From Candidatus Sigynarchaeum calidifontis (GTDB lineage: Archaea; Asgardarchaeota; Lokiarchaeia; Sigyniarchaeales; Sigyniarchaeaceae): a stretch of DNA of 22,191 nt. The notes beneath the pieces were generated by a model. That model was not told the origin of the DNA. It saw only the letters and a list, made by a program, of their open reading frames with translations, and searched no databases. Shown here one piece after another: positions 7,548-15,568 of this stretch; position 1 is the stretch's first letter; the number at the start of each line of letters is the position of its first letter. The position numbers and the translations under genes are program-made. The stretch is taken from NCBI GenBank assembly GCA_030587475.2, contig JAUQYZ020000179.1, positions 1-22,191 of the forward strand, written 5' to 3'.

Positions 7548-8129
7548 GTGAAAAAAATTATCGACTCCAACATAATCATATACTCGCTCCTTCAGAATCA
7601 TCCTGCAAATGGAGATTGCGTAAAATTCCTCGAGGATCATGATGCACCTAACGTGCTTTATTCCTTGGTTGATTGTCTTGATGAAACTTATTGGATCTTG
7701 AAGAATGTTTATCGAATCGATGCAGTTGCGATAATTCAAAGACTTGAAAAATTGATCAACACCAATATTATTTTTCTAGGCTTGAAACTTCAAGATTCTT
7801 TTAAAGCGTTCGAAATCCAAGCAAAAAATTCCATCCAGATCACTGATGCACGTTTATTCTTGCTTGCATCGGCTCAACAAATACCCGTGATAGTAACAGA
7901 CGACATGCGGTTCCAGACGTTTAACAGATCCCAAGGATTGCTCACAGAAACTCCGATCACTCAAGACACACGAAATAAAATGGCGGAGTGGGAGAATAAG
8001 AACCTTCCTGAAGCGGGATTGCCACGAATACTCGCCCGCATACACGCATATCTTTCCGGGCGAGATCCAAAAACTGCAGATTTGTTTGAACATGATACTT
8101 TTCATTTTTCCAAGTTACCCGGTGTATAA
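7548..8129 (+). CDS. PIN-domain ribonuclease toxin (VapC-like) with C-terminal extension
   Basis: IIDSNIIIY, LDETYW, TDARL and VTDD acidic PIN residues; GTG 7548 is the probable start. Confidence 0.85.
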   Translation: MKKIIDSNIIIYSLLQNHPANGDCVKFLEDHDAPNVLYSLVDCLDETYWILKNVYRIDAVAIIQRLEKLINTNIIFLGLKLQDSFKAFEIQAKNSIQITDARLFLLASAQQIPVIVTDDMRFQTFNRSQGLLTETPITQDTRNKMAEWENKNLPEAGLPRILARIHAYLSGRDPKTADLFEHDTFHFSKLPGV

Positions 8130-8275
8130 CAAGAGAAATATACAACCTTGTTAACGGAGACGCCCTTGGGTGATCCATGTTTTCGGAAAAGGACCATCGC
8201 GTCGATGTTTCAGATATCCTTCCGATTTCTGCAATACCCTCGGGAGATATGGATGGTGACGAGATTTTACCAATA

Positions 8276-9979
8276 TTATTCGGAGCCAGATGATGGATCC
8301 AGCACGCAACCACGATCCGCCGGCGCGACCAAGGCCCGATACTTGGCCAGCAGTTTGCTATTGATTCTCGTGGTGGGAACGCGCCATTGCGACCGCCGAT
8401 TGACGAGCTCGGCCTCGGGAACGAGTAAATCGAGCCTTTTACCCGGAACGTCGATGCGGATCGTGTCTCCGTTCTGGACGAGGGCGATCGGCCCGCCGGA
8501 ATACGCCTCTGGACACACGTGGCCGATGCAGGGCCCCTGCGTCGCTCCTGAAAAGCGGCCGTCCGAGACCAACGCGACCCGGTTGAGCTCCTTCATCACC
8601 ATGAGTCCCGTGGTGAACGCGAGCAATTCCGGCATCCCAGGCGCACCTTTCGGCCCTTCGTAACGGATCACGACGACACTATTGTTCTTGATCTCGTTAG
8701 CTGCCAAAGCATTGATGGCCGCCATCTCTGATTCGAAAACAATTGCTGGGCCTTCGAACACGAGCATCGACTGCTCGGAAACGGCGGATTGCTTGATCAC
8801 GGCGCCGCGGGGTGCAAGGCTTCCCTTAAGTATGACCGTGCCGCCTTCGGGATACAGGGGCTTGTCGAGCGGCATGATGATCTTGTCATCTTGCACGAGT
8901 GCTTTCTTGATGTTCTTGCCAACGGTCTTTCCCGTGACGGTCATGCAGTCGAGGTGCAAGAATTTCGAGAGACGGTTCATCACCGCGGGGATGCCACCTG
9001 CTCTGTACAGATCCACGATGGAGTAACGCCCCGACGGTGCCACGTTCACGATCGTGGGAATTTTCTTGGAAAACTGGTTGAACCAATCGAGGTCGAAATC
9101 GATGCCCATTTCATGCGCGATGGCTGGCAAGTGCAAAGCCGAGTTCGTGGAACCCCCGATGGCCACGTCGACCATTAAAGCGTTCTCTAGGGACTCCCGG
9201 GTCATGATCTTGGAAGGGCGCAAATCCTCCTTGAGCATTCCCATGATGCGGCGACCCGATTCCTTGGCGATGCGATATTTCAATGACGTGACGGCGGGCA
9301 TGGCCGCGGCGCCCGGCAGCGTCATGCCGAATGCTTCCATGAGGCACTGCGTCGTGTTTGCCGTGCCCATAACCGAGCAAGCACCATACGTGCTACACGT
9401 GATGCACTTCAGCTTTTTCTCCACGTTCTCGTAAAACCGCGTCTCGATGCCTTGATAATCCTTTTCCGGTCCAAGCTGGACTTCATACATGTTGGGGCCA
9501 CCGGGAACGCAGATCGTCGGGATATCGAGCCGCACGGCCGCCATCAAGATGCCCGGGTTGATCTTGTCGCAAGTAGAGAGGGTGACCAGGGCATCAAACT
9601 TGTGGGCTTCGACCATCGCCTCGATGCTATCGGCGACGATGTCCCGCTGGGGCAGGATGAACCGCATTCCGTCGTGGCCGTTCGCATAGCCATCGCAAGG
9701 CGCGATCGTGTTGAAGAGCATCGGTATGCCACCTGACTCGATGATGCCGTACTTGACGGCCTCGGCAAGCCAGTTTAAATGTGCGTGACCCGGATTTATC
9801 TCGTTCCAGGTCGAGGCGATCCCGATCAGCGGCTTGCTCATGATTTCTTTCTCGTCGAGTCCAAGACCGTTGAAGATTCCGTGCGTCACGTAATAGAATA
9901 GTGTTTGCTTGGTGATGTCGAAGATTTGGTTACTACGTTTCTTGATGTTCGAGGAATTTCCGCTCATGGCCGGTTTCAC
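8276..9979 (-). CDS. ilvD: Dihydroxy-acid / sugar-acid dehydratase (IlvD/Edd family)
   Basis: NPGHAHL, CDG, ADSIE, TCDK, GACSVMGTANT, GGSTN, YEGPKGAPGMPE, DGRFSG, GHVCPEA. Start may be ATG 9967. Substrate uncertain. Confidence 0.88.
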   Translation of the reverse strand: MKPAMSGNSSNIKKRSNQIFDITKQTLFYYVTHGIFNGLGLDEKEIMSKPLIGIASTWNEINPGHAHLNWLAEAVKYGIIESGGIPMLFNTIAPCDGYANGHDGMRFILPQRDIVADSIEAMVEAHKFDALVTLSTCDKINPGILMAAVRLDIPTICVPGGPNMYEVQLGPEKDYQGIETRFYENVEKKLKCITCSTYGACSVMGTANTTQCLMEAFGMTLPGAAAMPAVTSLKYRIAKESGRRIMGMLKEDLRPSKIMTRESLENALMVDVAIGGSTNSALHLPAIAHEMGIDFDLDWFNQFSKKIPTIVNVAPSGRYSIVDLYRAGGIPAVMNRLSKFLHLDCMTVTGKTVGKNIKKALVQDDKIIMPLDKPLYPEGGTVILKGSLAPRGAVIKQSAVSEQSMLVFEGPAIVFESEMAAINALAANEIKNNSVVVIRYEGPKGAPGMPELLAFTTGLMVMKELNRVALVSDGRFSGATQGPCIGHVCPEAYSGGPIALVQNGDTIRIDVPGKRLDLLVPEAELVNRRSQWRVPTTRINSKLLAKYRALVAPADRGCVLDPSSGSE

Positions 9980-10116
9980 GATGGAAAATGATTCTGAAAT
10001 TGATCTTTTCCTATTTGGTTGCAGTTTAAAAAAGCATTAAATTCGGAACTTAAATCTCCCCTTTTGCATTGTCGGACGCCCCTCGGGAGCATCATGGAGC
10101 CCCCTTGGCTTCCCCG

Positions 10117-11364
10117 TTAGAAGAGCTGGATGCTCGTCGGGAACAATGCAACTTTCGGGGAGGGGCCGATGATTTTCTCCAGCTCTTCAACGACCCTGCT
10201 GAAGCTCTTGTGGAGGATCGTCCGCTCCGGGAAAAAATGATGCACGTCTGCCCTGGAGACGTTCTGCGAGTATATGAACAAGGGGTTCGATTCCAGCAAC
10301 GCTTTGTACAAGACGTTCTCCCCGAAATTCTGGTATAATCTGCCCCCGGTTTCTCCTTGCAGCGAATGAAACCCGCGCCCCTCGGACGCGGCAGTCATCA
10401 TCACTACGGGCGCTTTTCGCTGGAACAGCGCGTGGGCCCCGATAAACGCGTTCGTTCCCTTCCCCGATGCCTGAGAAAGCTCGGTATCCTCGGGGTACAT
10501 GTTGAAAAAACCCGCCGAAAAGCGTTCCTTGGGTAACACTTTCGGGATATCCGTGTGGTACACTTCCAAGGCCTGCTCGACGGCCTTGCGGTGCGCGGCG
10601 ATGAAATGCCCGGCATAGACGCCCGCGATGCCCCGCCGGGATGTTGTCACGATATTCACGCTGAAATCGAGGCCGGCCTTGCTGCAAACGTCCTCTATAT
10701 CTTTCCTTAGATCAGTGATGAACCCAAGGCCCACGCCGATGCCTCGCAAGCCGGCCTTGTGGTTTGCTTCGAGCGTATCGATGCCACAAACGCCCGGGAG
10801 TATGACTTTCGCGCCACCGCCAAACCCTGCAAGGGGATGGGGGGCGACCGTGCCCACGGCGATCTTCACCGCCGCGTCGTGGTACGTCTTGTTGATGAAA
10901 ATGGGCGTGCCCTTCTTCGACGTGCCGACGTTGACGAGGTTCTCGTAGGGATGGTGGTTCTCGATATTAACCCTATCGACGACTACCTCGCCCACCTTCT
11001 TGATATAATCCGCGCGGGTCATCGGCCGGTGCGCCCCTAGTGCGCCGATGATCGTTATTTTCGCATCCGGGATCCCCGCATCGTTCAATTCGTCGATGAT
11101 CGACTCGCATATATCCCCGCAGCGTATCGGGCGCGAGATGTCCTCGACGACGATGACGGCGTTCGGTTTTCCCGCTGCTATCGACTTGATCGGAGGCGAT
11201 CCGATGGGATTTCGAATAGCGCGCTGGATCGTGGCCTTGTCCGTGATATCCGGTGCATCTCGCATCCGGAAGACATGGACGTCCCAGCCGTCCGGAAATT
11301 CCAGATCCATGATCTCGTTCCCGCCAGACCACGCGCCCCACGGGATGGTTATTTTCCTCGCCAT
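10117..11364 (-). CDS. Nickel-pincer-dependent lactate racemase (LarA) superfamily alpha-hydroxy-acid racemase/epimerase
   Basis: EDISRP, ALGAHRPM, GTSKKGTP, PHPLAGFGGGAKVILPG, EANH, YPEDTELSQ. Confidence 0.88.
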   Translation of the reverse strand: MARKITIPWGAWSGGNEIMDLEFPDGWDVHVFRMRDAPDITDKATIQRAIRNPIGSPPIKSIAAGKPNAVIVVEDISRPIRCGDICESIIDELNDAGIPDAKITIIGALGAHRPMTRADYIKKVGEVVVDRVNIENHHPYENLVNVGTSKKGTPIFINKTYHDAAVKIAVGTVAPHPLAGFGGGAKVILPGVCGIDTLEANHKAGLRGIGVGLGFITDLRKDIEDVCSKAGLDFSVNIVTTSRRGIAGVYAGHFIAAHRKAVEQALEVYHTDIPKVLPKERFSAGFFNMYPEDTELSQASGKGTNAFIGAHALFQRKAPVVMMTAASEGRGFHSLQGETGGRLYQNFGENVLYKALLESNPLFIYSQNVSRADVHHFFPERTILHKSFSRVVEELEKIIGPSPKVALFPTSIQLF

Positions 11365-11391
11365 GAATCCTTCCTGGTTTGCGTCATTCGA

Positions 11392-12195
11392 TCAGTGCAC
11401 GTGAAGAATGCTTTTGACGGCATTCACTTTTGACATGTGTCCCCCGGTAATCGCGGCCATGGGATCTTTCTTGCCCAAGACCCTGGCCGCGATCTCCTTC
11501 AACGGAACATTCTGCGATCCAAGCGTTTCTACCTTTTGCTGGACCTCGGCCATGAACTCGATCTTCTCGTTCAAACGTTCCTGGCCACCCGGGATCACGC
11601 CGTGGTGCGCGCAGAAGATTTGCTGGATGTTCAAGGGTTTCAGCTTCTTGAGCGACGCGAGTATCGCGTGGAAATCGTCGCGCGGCTGGTATACCAGCGT
11701 CTTCTCACCGATTTGCAAGTCCCCGGAGAAAAGCCAACCCCGGGATTCCTCGTACAAGCAAACGTGATCTGGCGAATGTCCTGGCGTTTCTATCACCTTG
11801 AACACGTGGGTGTTGGTGTGTATTTCGCCGGGTAGCGGTATTGCTGAAGATGGTTCAGGGATTCCCCATGCAAATTTCTGGTAAAATTTCAAGGCTAGCG
11901 ATCTCGGGTTTTCAAGTATCGGAAAGGCTTTTGGATGTGCATATATCTTGGCATTCTTCATTTGCGATAATAAACGATTGTTGCCGATATGATCCTCGTG
12001 ACCGTGCGTGTTGACCACGATCGAGATCTGGATCCCTTCCAACACTTTCTTGAACTCCTTCCGGGCGACCGGGGCTCCCGAATCGACCAGTAAATCGTCG
12101 ACCAGGTAACAATACACGGGAAAAATGAACTTCCCCCCGATGCCACGGCCCATGGATATGATCGTGATATCGCCTACGCGCTCGTGCTTTAGCGT
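11392..12195 (-). CDS. Metallo-beta-lactamase-fold hydrolase (probable ACG start at 12195; first ATG at 12153)
   Basis: VDSG, THGHEDHIG, TPGHSPDH, FSGD and CAH metal-binding motifs; frame is open to 12201 with a GGTGA SD 6 nt before ACG. Confidence 0.85.
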   Translation of the reverse strand, partial: TLKHERVGDITIISMGRGIGGKFIFPVYCYLVDDLLVDSGAPVARKEFKKVLEGIQISIVVNTHGHEDHIGNNRLLSQMKNAKIYAHPKAFPILENPRSLALKFYQKFAWGIPEPSSAIPLPGEIHTNTHVFKVIETPGHSPDHVCLYEESRGWLFSGDLQIGEKTLVYQPRDDFHAILASLKKLKPLNIQQIFCAHHGVIPGGQERLNEKIEFMAEVQQKVETLGSQNVPLKEIAARVLGKKDPMAAITGGHMSKVNAVKSILHVH

Positions 12196-13175
12196 TTCCC
12201 TTCACCAGCATGTTCAAGCGTATTAACGTACCAATCGTACGTGTCTATCGTGGACTCGATATCGGTTTTCGTGGGTTTCCAGCCTAATATTTCTTTTGCA
12301 AGGGTCGTGTCGAACATGTAATCTCGCAGCGCTATTTCCAAGTGTTGTGGTTCAACGGGGGACAGATGCAATTTGTGCAACAATTTCACCAGTAGGCGAG
12401 CAACGCCCGGAGAAAAGCTCGTGATTTTCACTGGCTTGCCCGCGTGCTCGTACAAGGCGACGATGATCTCCCGCATCGTGGGCACGTTATCACTTCCCAA
12501 GTTCATTATCACGCCGTTGGATCTCGGATTGTCGATGGCCAAGAGGATCGCGGTGCACACATCGACAACGTTGACCATCTGGAGCCTTGTTTTCCCGCCG
12601 CCGGCGAGCATCGTCGATTTTCCCTTGTAAGCACTGATGACTTGCCCCAGCAGCGTGGGCTCGTTCTGGCCTGGGCCGGCGATGGTCGGGGGCCGGAAGA
12701 TCGTGATGTTCATGCCCTTTTGTATGTATTCCCTGCACAGCGCCTCGCAAGCAACCTTGTCCTCGCCATACTGGCACACGGGGTTGAGCGGTGCCGTCTC
12801 CGGGCAGGGAACCTTCACGTCGATACCATAGACCTCCACGGATGACAAAAAGATGAATTTCCTGGTCCCTGCTTCATGGGCGGCGGACAAGACGTGTCTC
12901 GTGCCGTCAACGTTGATCGCATGCAAGCATTTCTTGTCCTTCACGAACTGGGCAAGGGCCGCCGCTGAATGGATTACCACGTCAGGTTTTGATGATACCA
13001 CGATGTCCTTGATTCCATGCTCGTCCGTGATGTCGCAAATCCTTTCTTGATACTTTTGATGGGCAATGCCGGAGGGCTTGATGTCGATTCCCATGACTTC
13101 ATAGCCTTTGTCGATGATTTTTTGGACGAGGTGCTTTCCCAAGAAACCGGCACTTCCCGTTATCAATGCTCGCAC
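12189..13175 (-). CDS. NAD-dependent epimerase/dehydratase (extended SDR)
   Basis: ALITGSAGFLG, HSAA, NVDGT, SSVEVYG, YGEDK (YxxxK). GTG 13175 is preceded by GGTGA (13181-13185); the track's 13466 start overlaps the upstream gene. Confidence 0.9.
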   Translation of the reverse strand: MRALITGSAGFLGKHLVQKIIDKGYEVMGIDIKPSGIAHQKYQERICDITDEHGIKDIVVSSKPDVVIHSAAALAQFVKDKKCLHAINVDGTRHVLSAAHEAGTRKFIFLSSVEVYGIDVKVPCPETAPLNPVCQYGEDKVACEALCREYIQKGMNITIFRPPTIAGPGQNEPTLLGQVISAYKGKSTMLAGGGKTRLQMVNVVDVCTAILLAIDNPRSNGVIMNLGSDNVPTMREIIVALYEHAGKPVKITSFSPGVARLLVKLLHKLHLSPVEPQHLEIALRDYMFDTTLAKEILGWKPTKTDIESTIDTYDWYVNTLEHAGEGKR

Positions 13176-13200
13176 ATCGTTCACCGGCTTGTCTTGATAA

Positions 13201-13872
13201 TCAAGGGAGTGGCTTGTCTTGTTCGATTTCAGCCGGGTTCCTCCCCATTTCCAGTTGCTCGAACCACCACGTGTCCGTGGCAATGATCTCCTTGGCTTTT
13301 TTAAGCACGTCCTCCACCCTGTCACCCGGCACGATGACAACACCGTTGATGTCCCCGAAGACCAGGTCGCCTGGATTGATCGTCCGCTTCCCGCATTGCA
13401 TGGGTTTATTGATGCTATCGAAATCAATGACCATCCTCCCGCGGATCGACGAGCAAATGATGCCACGGGCGAACAAGGGGAATTTCAAGGCGGTCACTTG
13501 CGCGATGTCCCGCACAGGCCCGTCGACGAGCCCGCCCTTGAACCCAAAACCCTGGAGCATGCGGCTCGTGCTCTGGCCCAGGCCCGCGGCGATCATCTGG
13601 CCGCTCATGTCGACGCAAGCGACGGGAAATTTTGGAACCGTGGTGATGAATTTTGCCATGCGAGCAACGATGTCACGCTCGAGCGGCGCATCCGACACGA
13701 CCATCTTCATGATAGCCGCAAATCCCACCATCCTGGCCCCTGGCCAAACAGGGCGGATGCCAGGATCGATGAACCCCGCCGGGAGACCAAGCTCGTCGAT
13801 CGCATCTGAGACCGCGCACGTGTATAATTTCTCATATTCCTCGACGAGTTGCCTTATCTCTTTCGTTTTCAA
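13201..13872 (-). CDS. RraA / HMG-CHA aldolase family protein
   Basis: TCAVSDA, GIRPVW...MVGFA, VDGPVRD, PGDLVFGDINGVVIVP; TTG 13872 is preceded by GGTGA (13880-13884). Confidence 0.85.
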   Translation of the reverse strand: MKTKEIRQLVEEYEKLYTCAVSDAIDELGLPAGFIDPGIRPVWPGARMVGFAAIMKMVVSDAPLERDIVARMAKFITTVPKFPVACVDMSGQMIAAGLGQSTSRMLQGFGFKGGLVDGPVRDIAQVTALKFPLFARGIICSSIRGRMVIDFDSINKPMQCGKRTINPGDLVFGDINGVVIVPGDRVEDVLKKAKEIIATDTWWFEQLEMGRNPAEIEQDKPLP

Positions 13873-13912
13873 TTGACAATCACCACAAGGTAATGGATTA
13901 TTCGGAAAACAC

Positions 13913-13928
13913 ATTAATTAAGTTAAAG
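13913..13928 (-). promoter_or_regulatory. AT-rich TATA-like region for the rraA-SDR-MBL-larA operon
   Basis: TTTAACTTAATTAA on the minus strand about 40-55 nt upstream of the TTG start. Confidence 0.45.
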
Positions 13929-14168
13929 AACATCCTCCCTGGTTTCTCGGAATGCTAATCCCGTCGGACATCATGTTAACGAACATGCCGGTTACGAGCC
14001 GCCTCGATACGATGGATCATGCGCTGGCCCCGAACATCGTGTTTCCGTGGGATACTTGCATCATCGTGGCATCGAATGCCGTATTCATCAGCATCGTGAT
14101 TATCATGATCGCCAAGAAACATTCGAGAAAAATGACTCCTTTCCTTTTTGCCAAATGGTGCATGAAAA

Positions 14169-15518
14169 ATGGAGATCGATGACCTCGCGAACGCTGGAAA
14201 TTGCGCGTGCGGACGGCAGCATGCGGTGCGCATCGATATCGTCAGATGCAATCGTGGCGCGCTCGCGGCGGTCCCGGCAATCGTTAAAAAACATCTTGCT
14301 GGCGGGAGTGTCGGGATCTTCTGTGATCGACATACGTTTACAGCGGCTGGCAATGAAGTCGTTAATTATTTGGAAAGGGAAAAGATTCCAAGCAATGTTT
14401 GCGAGCTCAAGCCAGAGGAACGCGTTGTTCCTGACGAAAAAACGATCGACATGGCTCGTGGTTGCGTGTCCAATGACACCCGGTTGCTGCTCGCCGTCGG
14501 AGCCGGCACGATCACCGACATCACGCGGTTCGTCGCCCACGAGCAGCAGATCCCATTCATCTCCATTCCCACAGCGCCGTCGGTCGACGGGTTCGCATCC
14601 GCGACGTCGGCACTCGTCGTTAAGGGTTTGAAGGCATCGTACCCGGCGAGCCCGCCAATAGCCATCGTCGCGGATCTCGAGATCCTGGCAAGGGCACCCC
14701 GCAAGATGAGGGCCGCCGGTTTTGGTGACTTGCTGGGGAAGAGTACTGCCCGCATGGACTGGGAGTTGGCCCGCATCATGAGCCAGGAATATTATTGCGC
14801 AAGGATCGCTAGCATGGTACAAGCGTCTCTTGATGATTGCATCCAGGCTTTCAAAAGCGGGAACATGTATGAAGAAAAAATGACAGGATCCTTGATGGAA
14901 GGCTTGCTCCGTTCCAGCTTGTCCGCCGCGATGGTCGGCTCAACCCGCCCCATCTCCGGTTCCGAGCACCACATCTCGCATTTCCTGGAGATGAAAGGGC
15001 TTGCGGGTGAAGTGCCCGAGCATCTCCACGGCGAGACCGTCGCGTTCGGGACATTAATCGTGTCGGCGCTGTATCACGAGGTTTTTTCCTTGAAACACGA
15101 GGAGCTCGTAGAATTGGCCTTGGAATCCGCGGGCTCCCATCCCCCGGCGGTTCGAGAATCGCGCTTGCTCGCGGCTTATGGCCCCCTGGGTAATAAGATG
15201 GTTGAATCGTGGCGGAACACGATTCACCGGCGTGCAAGCGCTCATGCGGTGCTCGATCGCCTTTCAAATAACTGGGCCGATCTCGCACGCCTCGAGAAAA
15301 AAACCATCTTCAACATTCCAGAGCTCTGTGGCTTGATGACGGAGTCGGGCATTCCCTTCCAACCCGCCAAACTCGGCTACACGGCGGCATTGATCGAGGA
15401 CGCCATCCTTTGTGCAAAGGAAATCCGCGACCGGTACACGATTCTCACGCTTCTCGATGATCTTTCCTTGCTGGAACACTTTTGTGAGGTCGTTCTTGGA
15501 AAGCTCGGCATTCGTTAA
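14169..15518 (+). CDS. sn-glycerol-1-phosphate dehydrogenase, long bacterial AraM-like type
   Basis: N-terminal CACGRQH, VGAGTITD, PTAPSVDGFAS, GFGDLLGK, SGSEHHISH, LHGETV; 449 aa. Confidence 0.85.
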   Translation: MEIDDLANAGNCACGRQHAVRIDIVRCNRGALAAVPAIVKKHLAGGSVGIFCDRHTFTAAGNEVVNYLEREKIPSNVCELKPEERVVPDEKTIDMARGCVSNDTRLLLAVGAGTITDITRFVAHEQQIPFISIPTAPSVDGFASATSALVVKGLKASYPASPPIAIVADLEILARAPRKMRAAGFGDLLGKSTARMDWELARIMSQEYYCARIASMVQASLDDCIQAFKSGNMYEEKMTGSLMEGLLRSSLSAAMVGSTRPISGSEHHISHFLEMKGLAGEVPEHLHGETVAFGTLIVSALYHEVFSLKHEELVELALESAGSHPPAVRESRLLAAYGPLGNKMVESWRNTIHRRASAHAVLDRLSNNWADLARLEKKTIFNIPELCGLMTESGIPFQPAKLGYTAALIEDAILCAKEIRDRYTILTLLDDLSLLEHFCEVVLGKLGIR

Positions 15519-15568
15519 GCAGCCAGTCGAGAGTCCAACGTTAAATTCCTAAAAAGCGACGTTGATTC

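Larger units (their letters stand above)
5163..8129. mobile_element. AT-richer accessory islet (ATPase cassette plus toxin-antitoxin) inserted upstream of smc; no integrase or transposase present
   Basis: Visibly more A/T-rich codon usage than the flanks, typical accessory gene content, and an internal smc 5' duplication. Confidence 0.55.

Noticed and set aside
5163-8275. IS element, integrase, tRNA att site or CRISPR array in the islet
   Set aside because: No transposase or integrase motifs, terminal inverted repeats, cloverleaf or regularly spaced repeats were seen
8130-8275. Third smc-repeat copy bounding the TA pair, or a 38-aa ORF at 8177-8293
   Set aside because: No similarity to the repeat was found by eye; the ORF has no recognisable motif and overlaps the ilvD end
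10073-10113. Hairpin terminator after larA
   Set aside because: The stems are short and bulged and lack an adjacent T-tract on the coding strand; support is too weak
13186-13221. 11-bp direct repeat GGCTTGTCTTG, 25 bp apart
   Set aside because: Too short and isolated; at most a micro-duplication at the gene junction
13176-13466. N-terminal extensions given by the ORF track for the SDR (and likewise 18639-18893 for the propeller and 7491-7547 for the PIN protein)
   Set aside because: They overlap upstream genes; SD positions and domain starts indicate later starts
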